The notes beneath the pieces were generated by a model. That model ran no database searches. It was not told the origin of the DNA and was given only the letters and a program-made list of their open reading frames with translations. Below, piece after piece: positions 30,204-39,575 of a stretch of 64,000 bases of DNA (its first letter is position 1; each line of letters starts with the position of its first letter). Origin of the DNA: Caecitellus pseudoparvulus. Lineage: Eukaryota; Protista; Bigyra: Bicosoecida. Location: positions 1 to 64,000 of the forward strand of contig CBFFRQ010000089.1 in NCBI GenBank assembly GCA_965644315.1, read 5' to 3'. Both the position numbers and the translations under genes were made by a program.

Positions 30204-32243
30204 TCAGAAGGCCATTGCTGCGCTGAGGGCAAGGCCGGGGCAAGTGCAGTTCTGTGAGGCCCACTTTGTCTGGATGTGTGTCTGGACGGGACCTTGCAGC
30301 GAGAAAGCCACGTCTGTGACTGCGCACTGCAGGCGAAATGGTGTGACCCCGGACCGCTCTGGAAGCGGGGGGCCAGGGAGTGGAAAAGACTGGTGCTGCA
30401 CGTAGTGCACGAAAGACTGGTCCAGCGAGTCCGTGCGTGTGATGACATTGCCCTGAGATGCCCCAACGCAATACCGCATGTTCCGTGCAGAGTTCCAGAA
30501 TGCGCTCAGGGCGCAGGAGGAGGCCATGCCTGGGCTGCTGGACTGCACATCTTTAGCGTTGGCACGGACATTCGCAAGCGGCAGGCGCACGGCGCAAACC
30601 GTGCGCGCTTGTGCCCTGGGTGGCCACAGCGCAGCTTTCAAGTGCTCAAGCAGCTCCCCTTCCTGCCCCCCGGGCAGCATCATCAAGCCGTCGGCGTCAA
30701 AGTACGCGCCCAAGTCAAAGAGACTGTACAGCGCGATGGAGGCCCACTGGCCCCACGCATACTGTCCCTGGATGAGCATGTGCTCGAGGCGGGTTCCCTT
30801 GTCAAGCCACGGTGTCAGGATCACCCTCACACCCGCAAGTCGCAGCACATCGTCTAGGGTGTTGCATGGAGTTCCTGCCGCGACAGAGCACGCATGGGGC
30901 AAAGGCAACATGCACGCATCGTGCTCAGTGTCGCTGCAGAATGCCGGGCGAGTTGCGTGGGAGAAAAGGCTGTCCTGCAGCTCCGGCAACGGCTGCACCA
31001 GCAAGCTACCAAGCTTCCGACGCGATGCTTCCAGTTGGGAAGATAGCACGCCAATCAGGCGGGTTGAGCCAGGTGCTTGCCATGCTTGCAAGAATAAGTC
31101 GGCCGGTAAACTGGCGTGAATACCGCCTTCGGGCGAGCCCTGTGCAGACCACACCGGTCCATTGGCAATCAGAAGGGAGGGCTTGGAAGGCGTGCTGGTG
31201 AGTGGGCAAGGGCCCTTCCCCAGGCCTGCACAAGCAGCAGCTTCCTCAATTGCATCACGGCGAGCGTGTGATGGTGCCTGGGGGCTGATCACAGCGTTCC
31301 ATGGAATGCGAGTCTTGAAGATAAAGGGTGCCATGTCTTTCCAGCTTGCGTCTGTGCACTTGTCGAAGCAGCTCCATGGAATGATGAGGTCAGAGCGAAT
31401 CCACAGGTCTGTGGTGCTGGTTGACGCCAGCTGGGAAAGGGCACTACACGTGGTGCGAGGGTGGGAGGGCAGCGTGGCGTGTACGACCACGGGGTATGTG
31501 TCGAAGCCCTTAGCAGGGTCCCGCTGCGTGCGCTGGAATTCAGCATGAATCATGGACACGTGGGCACTGGACGAAAGAGCCGAGAGGCACACTTCGCCCC
31601 GAGCCTCGTGGCAGCCAGGCAGCCCGTCACACCAGGCCTTGGCACCTCCTCTCAGCGGCGCGCAGATGCGCACATCAGTGTCCCGCGCGATGTTAACGCG
31701 ATCCACATCAATGTGGTGAATGGGCCAAGCTGCAAGGAAAACGGAAAAGGCGCAGCCAGGCGTCTTTAGGACTGCCTGAGGGAATGTGTCCGGGCGACGC
31801 TGATATTCACGCTGGAGCTGCCGGGCTGCAGTGACCATCCTGGAGTCGATGCTGGCGACTAGGGGCACCATGCCCACCCTTTCGACTGGCAGTGGGGGCG
31901 GCTGCCCCTTGGGGTGCACTGACGCATTCACTGCGCTGCGCTGCAATGCACGCCCCTCTTCTCCTGTGTCCCATACCAGCATGGAGGGTGCTGTAGTTGA
32001 GGCATGCGCAGAGGTCAAATGCAGGCTCTTGGCGCTGGCAGCACTGTAGTGCGCCTTCGATTCGTAAGATGTGTGGGTGGACCATGAAGCCAAATCGTTC
32101 TCAGCCTGGAAGAGAAATCTGAACGTGAGTAGGCCAGCGCAAGCCAGAGCCAGCAAGGTGGCCACTGCGGCCTGTGCGCTTCCTCCGTTCCTCACACACG
32201 CGCCAGAAGCTCGGTACTGGCTTGCTTCTGATGATTGCTCCAT
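30204..32243 (-). CDS. Type II membrane putative glycosyltransferase, GT92-like (paralog 2)
   Basis: Signal anchor AVATLLALACAGLLTF. SLLIANGPVWS, LQAWQAPGS and GQYAWGQ...FDLGAYFDAD are shared with 23221-25209. Confidence 0.65.
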   Translation of the reverse strand: MEQSSEASQYRASGACVRNGGSAQAAVATLLALACAGLLTFRFLFQAENDLASWSTHTSYESKAHYSAASAKSLHLTSAHASTTAPSMLVWDTGEEGRALQRSAVNASVHPKGQPPPLPVERVGMVPLVASIDSRMVTAARQLQREYQRRPDTFPQAVLKTPGCAFSVFLAAWPIHHIDVDRVNIARDTDVRICAPLRGGAKAWCDGLPGCHEARGEVCLSALSSSAHVSMIHAEFQRTQRDPAKGFDTYPVVVHATLPSHPRTTCSALSQLASTSTTDLWIRSDLIIPWSCFDKCTDASWKDMAPFIFKTRIPWNAVISPQAPSHARRDAIEEAAACAGLGKGPCPLTSTPSKPSLLIANGPVWSAQGSPEGGIHASLPADLFLQAWQAPGSTRLIGVLSSQLEASRRKLGSLLVQPLPELQDSLFSHATRPAFCSDTEHDACMLPLPHACSVAAGTPCNTLDDVLRLAGVRVILTPWLDKGTRLEHMLIQGQYAWGQWASIALYSLFDLGAYFDADGLMMLPGGQEGELLEHLKAALWPPRAQARTVCAVRLPLANVRANAKDVQSSSPGMASSCALSAFWNSARNMRYCVGASQGNVITRTDSLDQSFVHYVQHQSFPLPGPPLPERSGVTPFRLQCAVTDVAFSLQGPVQTHIQTKWASQNCTCPGLALSAAMAF

Positions 32244-32519
32244 TTCTCGCGCATAGCAGGCCGGTAGACGCCTTGCATGAGCTTGAGAGGCAAGGGCCGG
32301 CCTGACCTTGCGAAGTGTGCTGGGTGCGGAACTTGCTCAGCCCAGCACTTAGAGCTATGCTGGGGGCAGCAGCTTCCACAGTGCCACGGTGGCCGACCAC
32401 TTGTCAATGAGTCTGCATACGTACACCATATCAGGATGCGGGACTCCCACTGCATTGTGAAGTGCTTGGGAGTGTACATGGCGAGCGCACTGGGCTGGCC
32501 CGCGAAAGAACGCCCGCTG

Positions 32520-35500
32520 TCAAGAGGAAACTGTGGAAGATGCCCCCGACGACCAAGTCTCAGGCCCGACGGCCACCCCAAGAGCCTGAGCAGCGCGTTG
32601 TAGCCTTGGGCCTGACACTGGCGTCCCGTCTCTGGCCGCAGGAGCAGGTGACTTGCTCACTGGTGAGTCAAAGCCCGACCGATCATCCAGGAGCGCTTGC
32701 GCACGAGCCAGCGCCGCACTGTACCGTTTCGTTCCCACTGACATGCCCAAATCGCTGGTTTCTGACGCTGAAGATGACTCGCTGGCCAGCGCACGCCTGG
32801 CAACTGAGGAAAACACCTCTTCGTTGTCGTGCGCAGACGGGGCCAACGGCTGCTGTGTCTGGCCTGACCTGCGCAAGAAGCTAGCGGGATGGCTTTTGAG
32901 TCCAGGGCTGCCGTTGTCGCCTGCCAGATGCAGGGGGCGCGGGGGTGTTGGTGTGTGGGCAGCCAGGGCAGCTCGTGCGGTTGGTGTCAGCGCGGCCCGC
33001 ACTCTGAGCAGGGCCGGGCTAGCTGATACCTGAGCAGGTGACCCCGTGCCAGCTGGAGACTGCAGCCCCCTTGGCGAGTTGCCCAGCCGCTGGTGCTGTG
33101 CGATGCGGGACGCTGCGTCAACAGTGGTGGCTAGCAGGGGCCTGGCGCGCCCCCTTGTTGACCCAGTAGCGGTGCGCCCGCGGTCCACGCCGAATCCTGC
33201 CGTCTGCGCGCGCCTGTGCCACGCTCGTACAGACACAGCCACCTGCCTCCAGCCTCGCAGCATGCGTGCGAGGCGTGCGCGGATGACGGTTTCCGCGACC
33301 ACGCGGCTCTCCGCAGCAGCACGCAATGTGCCCTGGCGCAGCGCAGCAAAGGCAGCAGCGCGCAGCCTATGCGTGTGGAACTGGCCCGCTACCTTCAGCT
33401 TGGCAGCTGCCCACCGAGCCACGGCCGCCCTCCACTTCCACTGCGCCCATGCCCGCTTCAAAGTTGCCCTTCGCCCCCGCAGCTGAGCAGCCGCCACCTT
33501 GCACCATGCCGCAGTGCCTTTCCGAAGCACTGCTCGGCGGTGATGTGCAGCAGCAGCAGCCTGTAGCGATGCCTTGCGCTGTCGCTGCAGGACAGCACCC
33601 GTCCACGCTGCCCAAACCCGCCTGCAGAGGGAAGCACTCGCCACCTGCCGGGCGGCAGACAGCACATTGCGCTGCACGCGGGAGGAGACGGCTGCCACCC
33701 GCCAGGCCTGCAGCATGCCGCAAGCAGTGAGTCCAGCGTGCACCGGGGATGCGTATAGCTGACTACCAAGGTGCCCGCCCCCCCGTCCCAGTCGCACCAG
33801 CAGCCGTGGCAGCAGAGTCAAGGGAGCAGGGGGCGGCACACGCCAGCCGAAACCCGATGTGCGCATCCACTGAGACAGGCCTGCCCGGAAGAGCTGTCGT
33901 GTTGACAGAGCATGGCCCGCCTGCCGGCGCGCCTGCACTGCAGCGACATGCCAGGCAGCCATCATGCCCGCCAGCCGCCGCCGCCAGGCCCGTCGGGACA
34001 TGCACCGCACACGGCGAGCCCGGTGCACCTGGCTGCGCCACTCGACCAGGCAACGTGTCGCAAGGTGGTGGGCTGCAAGTGCCCGTGCCGCCTGCACGCT
34101 GGCGGCGTTGGCCTGTCGCTTCAACGCGTGCCGACGCAGGGCCAACACGGCCCGCCGGGCCCGTGCTCGGCGACAGTGCGCCGCAGCCAGGGCGTCCCGT
34201 ACAGTCGCCGTGCGCGACTCGGTGGTGGCAGCGTGCCATGCAGTGAAAGTGGAGTGCAGCACCCGGCGTTGCCGGCGCCAAAAGTGGAGACGTGCCATGG
34301 CCCTCCCAGCGTACGCACGGCGCCAAGCATGCCATGCTCTGTGCAGGTGGTTGCGCGCTGCCCATCGGGTGGCCATGGACGTTGCCAGAGCCCGGGATTG
34401 TTCCCGGTGCGCCACGGCACACCACGCCCGAACGTGCTGCCGGAGGCGCAGTCGCTGCAGCTGTGCTGTTGCAGTGGCGCTGCGCCGTGCTGTGGCCCGC
34501 TTGCGATGCAGGGTCAGCTGCAGCCAGCCCCGCAAGACGGCCCTCTTGCGAAGCACTGTCACTCGAGGCTTGAGCAGTGGCTGGCGGCTGCGCAGACTGG
34601 CAGTGTACCGCGCACGCTGGCACCAAAGGATCAAGCCCGCCCGTGCACACTTGCGAGAACGCCGTTCTCGGCACTGCCGCATGCGGCGAAGTGCTGCTGC
34701 ACCCCGCGCAAGGCGTGCGAAAGCGGTTGCCAGCGCTGTGCGACGGGCATGCTGCACTGCGATGGCGCGTCGGGCTCGGCACAACCGCTGTCGCTGCACG
34801 TGCCTCTGCCACAAGTGCACTGCTTGCTGCGCTCGCTTCCGGGCTGCCCAACGGCTGGCAAGCTGGGTTCGGCCTCGGTCCAGCGAGACCGATGCTGCAT
34901 GCTGGTGCAGAGCTCGCACAGCGCTCAGAAGCAAACGGGTTTGGTGCCGAGCACGCACAGCTGCTGAAGCTTCCGCCCGCAACAAGCTTCCTTCTGTGTG
35001 GCGCGCCCAGGCACAAAGCGCTTGGCGGCGACGAAGTGCGGACATGTGCCGTGCCGCAAGAACATTCGCTTGTCGGCCCTCTTGCTTCGCAGCAGTCCAG
35101 CCCTGCCACGTGTGCAGTGCCCGCCTCAAGCGGTGCACCGCAGATGCACTACTCACTGCACATTGGAGCACTCGTACTCGCCCTGCATCCCGCTGTCGCA
35201 AACGAAGTGCCCTGACAGCTGCGCGCAGCAGATGGCGGCGCCGGTGTGCGTCAGCTGCCTGGGAAAGAAGGGCGTCAATCTTTGACGCTGCAACCACGCC
35301 TCGCCACCGCATCCAAGCCCTGCTTGTGACTCTGCGACGATGGAAAGCGGCAGCGATGGCCAGCTTGTGCTCACACTTCCTCGTTTGCGCCGCGAAGCCA
35401 CACCAGCGCTGCAGCGCATGGCCGACGAGAAAACGGTGCATGGTGCTCGCCAAGAGCTCCGCGCCAATTTGCATGCGGCGACACCTGCGCCGGGACTCAA

Positions 35501-38500
35501 CCCAGCCACAAAATCCCTGGCGTAGGCAGGCGCGTCGCCAGTGCGCAGCTGCAAGTGCTAGCTGCGCCCTGTCCCGGCGCTTGCATGCAAGGGCGACACG
35601 CCACCGGCGAAGTGCAGCGGACACGCGGCGGTCGCCTGCGCAGCAAGCCACCAGTGCTGCGGTTGTTCTCAGAGCACCTGCACGCTGTGCTGCAGCCTTC
35701 CATGCCTTGAGGACACTGGCGCCTAAGCGCATGGTTGCGAAAATGCGAGCTTGGGTGGTGCGCAGCTTGGCCACTTGTCGCCTGCGAACTGTACTGGACC
35801 ATCCCGCAATCGCTATGCCAAGGTGTCGAGCTCGCCAGTGCTGCGTTGCAGATTCAACCAGCTGCTGCTCATGGCGCAGGGTGCTGCTCACTGTGCTCCA
35901 AGCTCGCGTGGCGCGCGCCAGTCTATGCCGCGCTATGTGGCGCCTTGCGACAGTGCACTGGCGACGCCAGTCAGCCTTCTGCTGGGTCTGTCGGCGCCAA
36001 GTAGCCACAGCAACTGCCGCCCGCTTTCGACGAGTGGAGACAATGCAGCGCTGCAAAGCCAGCCTGGCACTTGCCCCCTGCTGAGCCACGCGATGCATGC
36101 CCAGCAGGGCTCGGCGCAACGTGCGAAGTCGCGCTCGGGACCTGGCATGGCAAACGACCTGTGCCCTTGCTCGGACGATGCGGCATGTATCTTCTGCCCA
36201 TGCAGCAAACACTTTTCTGAGCAACACGAGGGAGAAGTGCGTGCTGGCGATGCGGGTCGCTAGGCGGTCTGCCCTTGCCCGGTGCGTGACAGCTACCATG
36301 CCTGCCAAGCAGCGGCGCAGGGCATGCTTCCTCCAAAGCGTCAGTGCGGCTTGTTCTGCAACGCGAGCGAATGCTGTTGCCTTCCAAACCCTGTACCAAG
36401 TGCGCAGCGCAGTGCTGGCCATGCGGTGGCCTCCCCACGCTGCGCCAAGAGCGGAGACAACCGCCTTCCGTCGCCGCATGGCCACGTACTGTGCCCATCG
36501 CGCATGTACGCGGCGCAGTACAGCAGCGCGGCCAAGCTTAGACGCCTGGCGATCCAGATACCGCGCTCTGCGGCGCTGCACAGTTGCCCGCTGCAGCGCA
36601 GCGAAACCTGTCGACGCCAAACGCACGCAAACCGCGTGCGAAATCGCAGCGTGGGCGGTTGTCAGCCGCCGCGTGAGCTGTGCTGAAGCTGCCCAGTGTG
36701 CGACCACAGCCTGCAGTCGCCTGTGGTGCAGCCTGCGCTTGCCCGTCCGCATGCTCGCAGCCCAAGAAGCCCAGGCATCAAACGTCACCCGCAGCCGCCG
36801 CAGAGCTGTCGTGGCTGCCAATCGCTGTTCGCGGAGAAAAGAACTGTACGTGGTAGCTGCCCAGTGAATCAGGGTCCTGCGAAGGCGGCCCCGCCATACT
36901 ACTTGTGCCAGACGCATCACCCCAGCCCGCCCTGCGACGCGGCGGGCACTTGCACCTCGCCAGGCCTGCAAAGCTGCGCGCTTGCGGAGCTGGCTGGCTT
37001 TGGCCTGGGCTTCTCGGGCCAAATGCCGGGTGTGATGCACTACAGTCACCCATTCTTTCCAGCGCACGAGAAGAGTCTGAGCACGATGCTGCAGGGCTCG
37101 CACAGCCAACGCCTCAACGTACCGGGCTTCCACCACGCCAGCACACCATGCCGCCCAGCACTGACGAAGACAAACTTGCACAGCGACTCTTTCCAGCACA
37201 AGCAGGCGCTGTCGCACTAGCCTGCGGCGCTGCACGACGATTTTCCACACCTGCAGCACCCTTCGCCGTTTGAGCTGGGCGAACGTGATGCTTGCCAGCG
37301 CCGCACTTTGCTGCTCGCGTCTGCGGTGCGCCATGAAGGCGTGCCAGCGTGCCATGACTCGCGCCTTGAGGCGGACGGAGAGCAAGCGTGTCGCTTGCCG
37401 CACGAGGCGCACCCTGCGGGCCACTGCTGCCCAGCTACGAAGAAGCGCAGCTTGAGTGCTGGCACGCCGCCGAGCAAGTACTCGCAGGCCTGCGAGGCGA
37501 AGTCGCCGCTGCTTCCGCACAGCATCCAACCAGCCAAATAGCACTCTACTCTGCAGCAAGGTCTTTCTGAAAACACCAGCAGCGTGCCAGGCGGCTCGAG
37601 TTGCGACAGCTGCAGCTGCCAAGCGGTGCCACTTGCGCAGCGCGGGCCGCAGGGCCACGCACCGGCTCTGCTGCTTCTCCTCAGACTCCAGCGCACTCGC
37701 CAGACGCCGAAACAAGTGTGCCGCATGGCTTTCGCCTGCATCTTGGTGCGGCTGTGCAGGTGAAGCTTCAGCTCTACCAACAGGCGTCGCAGAATCAACA
37801 TGCGCGCGCCAGGCAGGGCTGGGTGTTGGTACCTCGCCAACCCCACACTCCACAGAAGGACTCCCTCCCCTATGAGAGGGTGAGGCTGATCCTGCCGCGG
37901 CAAGAGTAGCTGAGACTGTTCCACTCTGCTGGGTGGCCTGCCCTGCTGTAAAACTTGCCGGTGCTTGCCGATGGTGCAGCTGACTCGAGAGCAAGCCTGG
38001 CGTGGTCGGAGCGCGTGCAGGGGCAGTCTCAGACCTCGGATCTGCTGCAGCAAGAGGAGAGGGCGACAACCGCGTCATGCCCGGCGGGGGCGAAGCCCCT
38101 GCGGCCTGCCATGGGCGTGTCAGGCCGTCCCTGCGCCTCGGGGAGGCTGCGCTTGCCGGCGTGCTGCTCCAGCCACTGGAGCCCGGCGGAGACTCTGCCT
38201 CACCTGGCGAAGCAAGGGACAGTGGCGTAGACGGTGCTTCGGTTGGCAATGCTTGTGGCTGCCTGGGGCTCGGTGAAAGCCCTGGTTGGCCGGGAGAGGT
38301 GCGTGCAGGCGTGCTGGCTGGTGGGATTTGCGAAGCGGTGTGGCCATCCGTCGGGGCCAGGGCAGTGTCAGGAGAGGCTGGCCGGCGCGCACATCGAGGA
38401 GCTGGTGGAGCATGGACAGGGTGCACGCCAGGGGGCAAGATGATGCCGGACTTGCTGTCGCTTTGGCTGCGTGTGGGCGAGGCAGACGGCGGAGGGGTCA

Positions 38501-39143
38501 GCGGCCACAGTGCAACTGGCTCAACGCTGCCGCTTTCACGCATGCTAGAGGTTGGTGCAGACTGGACGGGCGTCTGGTGGGGGGGCTCCGATTGGGGAAG
38601 GGGCGCGGTGGCGGGCTCAGTGGGACTCGAGCTCACCCCTACCGTGTCTGGCTTCTCCAAAACGCAGCCAGCTTCCGTTGGCAGCTGCTGCACTTTGGCA
38701 GCACGCCAGCGCTCTACAGCACGCTTGAAGCGGTGGCAGGCATTACTTGAAGCAGCATGAGAACGGATTCTTTCTCGATCCAAACTGCTTGATCCAGTGG
38801 GAGCGCTCCTGGGATCAAACGTGCTTCCGTCGAGGCGTGCGTGGGCCGAGCGAAACGCCGGCGCAGCTGCGGCCCCACACATCCCACGGACAGCACGCTC
38901 CACAGCCGGGGTGACGACTGGCTCGATGCTGGTACTATCTTCAGCCTCAGCTTGTCCTGGCTGGCCCTCGCTTGCCTGGCCTGTGCTAGCAGCAGCGTCT
39001 CCCACCTGCTGCTTGCTGGGTAGCCGTAACGCCACCACTCGCTTGGCCAAGCTTTGTTGCTGCACAGCACTTCCATTCAGCGCCATCTCGACATCTTGCA
39101 GCACATCTCCGAAGAGACTGAGCTCTTCTCTTGCTCCTTCCAT
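32520..39143 (-). CDS. SFI1: Sfi1-like centrin-binding repeat protein (2207 aa)
   Basis: Dozens of Arg/Ala-rich helical repeats ending in Trp, of form A..H....LL...F..W (e.g. AAAHWRRACLRQGFCGW), flanked by Pro/Ser-rich termini. Confidence 0.75.
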   Translation of the reverse strand: MEGAREELSLFGDVLQDVEMALNGSAVQQQSLAKRVVALRLPSKQQVGDAAASTGQASEGQPGQAEAEDSTSIEPVVTPAVERAVRGMCGAAAAPAFRSAHARLDGSTFDPRSAPTGSSSLDRERIRSHAASSNACHRFKRAVERWRAAKVQQLPTEAGCVLEKPDTVGVSSSPTEPATAPLPQSEPPHQTPVQSAPTSSMRESGSVEPVALWPLTPPPSASPTRSQSDSKSGIILPPGVHPVHAPPAPRCARRPASPDTALAPTDGHTASQIPPASTPARTSPGQPGLSPSPRQPQALPTEAPSTPLSLASPGEAESPPGSSGWSSTPASAASPRRRDGLTRPWQAAGASPPPGMTRLSPSPLAAADPRSETAPARAPTTPGLLSSQLHHRQAPASFTAGQATQQSGTVSATLAAAGSASPSHRGGSPSVECGVGEVPTPSPAWRAHVDSATPVGRAEASPAQPHQDAGESHAAHLFRRLASALESEEKQQSRCVALRPALRKWHRLAAAAVATRAAWHAAGVFRKTLLQSRVLFGWLDAVRKQRRLRLAGLRVLARRRASTQAALLRSWAAVARRVRLVRQATRLLSVRLKARVMARWHAFMAHRRREQQSAALASITFAQLKRRRVLQVWKIVVQRRRLVRQRLLVLERVAVQVCLRQCWAAWCAGVVEARYVEALAVRALQHRAQTLLVRWKEWVTVVHHTRHLAREAQAKASQLRKRAALQAWRGASARRVAGRAGVMRLAQVVWRGRLRRTLIHWAATTYSSFLREQRLAATTALRRLRVTFDAWASWAASMRTGKRRLHHRRLQAVVAHWAASAQLTRRLTTAHAAISHAVCVRLASTGFAALQRATVQRRRARYLDRQASKLGRAAVLRRVHARWAQYVAMRRRKAVVSALGAAWGGHRMASTALRTWYRVWKATAFARVAEQAALTLWRKHALRRCLAGMVAVTHRARADRLATRIASTHFSLVLLRKVFAAWAEDTCRIVRARAQVVCHARSRARLRTLRRALLGMHRVAQQGASARLALQRCIVSTRRKRAAVAVATWRRQTQQKADWRRQCTVARRHIARHRLARATRAWSTVSSTLRHEQQLVESATQHWRARHLGIAIAGWSSTVRRRQVAKLRTTQARIFATMRLGASVLKAWKAAAQRAGALRTTAALVACCAGDRRVSAALRRWRVALACKRRDRAQLALAAAHWRRACLRQGFCGWVESRRRCRRMQIGAELLASTMHRFLVGHALQRWCGFAAQTRKCEHKLAIAAAFHRRRVTSRAWMRWRGVVAASKIDALLSQAADAHRRRHLLRAAVRALRLRQRDAGRVRVLQCAVSSASAVHRLRRALHTWQGWTAAKQEGRQANVLAARHMSALRRRQALCAWARHTEGSLLRAEASAAVRARHQTRLLLSAVRALHQHAASVSLDRGRTQLASRWAARKRAQQAVHLWQRHVQRQRLCRARRAIAVQHARRTALATAFARLARGAAALRRMRQCRERRSRKCARAGLILWCQRARYTASLRSRQPLLKPRVTVLRKRAVLRGWLQLTLHRKRATARRSATATAQLQRLRLRQHVRAWCAVAHREQSRALATSMATRWAARNHLHRAWHAWRRAYAGRAMARLHFWRRQRRVLHSTFTAWHAATTESRTATVRDALAAAHCRRARARRAVLALRRHALKRQANAASVQAARALAAHHLATRCLVEWRSQVHRARRVRCMSRRAWRRRLAGMMAAWHVAAVQARRQAGHALSTRQLFRAGLSQWMRTSGFGWRVPPPAPLTLLPRLLVRLGRGGGHLGSQLYASPVHAGLTACGMLQAWRVAAVSSRVQRNVLSAARQVASASLCRRVWAAWTGAVLQRQRKASLQAAAAAHHRRAVLRKGTAAWCKVAAAQLRGRRATLKRAWAQWKWRAAVARWAAAKLKVAGQFHTHRLRAAAFAALRQGTLRAAAESRVVAETVIRARLARMLRGWRQVAVSVRAWHRRAQTAGFGVDRGRTATGSTRGRARPLLATTVDAASRIAQHQRLGNSPRGLQSPAGTGSPAQVSASPALLRVRAALTPTARAALAAHTPTPPRPLHLAGDNGSPGLKSHPASFLRRSGQTQQPLAPSAHDNEEVFSSVARRALASESSSASETSDLGMSVGTKRYSAALARAQALLDDRSGFDSPVSKSPAPAARDGTPVSGPRLQRAAQALGVAVGPETWSSGASSTVSS

Positions 39144-39575
39144 CCCTGTGATGTCAAAATCAGCCCCACGCTGCAGGCCAAGTCTGCCTGGTCACGGTCA
39201 AGCTCCCACGCGCTGGCTCAAGCCTCGACGTCAGCTGCTGCAGGGAGGCAGGGACGCGAGGTAGTGCACGTACCAAGAGATTGAAGTTCCTCGACCAACA
39301 GTCTCATTTTTGGCAAATTGTGCAGTCGTGCTCCCCGGTTGAATGCAATGCATTGCAGATCTGGTCACTGGTGGAAAAATCGGATCAGCCCACGCGAATA
39401 ACTCCTCTGGCGGGTCGGGAATTCGCATCAGGGCGTGTCCGCCACGTGGCGTGTTTCATTTTCATGCAGAGGTAGGGCAACCTCGGGCGCTGTTCTGGCC
39501 TCCTGCCCCGCGAGCAGGACGTGGACTTCTGGCGCCTAAACCAGCCCTTCCTGCCATGCTATCCATTCACCCAAT

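Noticed and set aside
33964-36084. 706-aa plus-strand ORF
   Set aside because: Antisense shadow of the GC-rich Sfi1-like gene, with no independent motifs.
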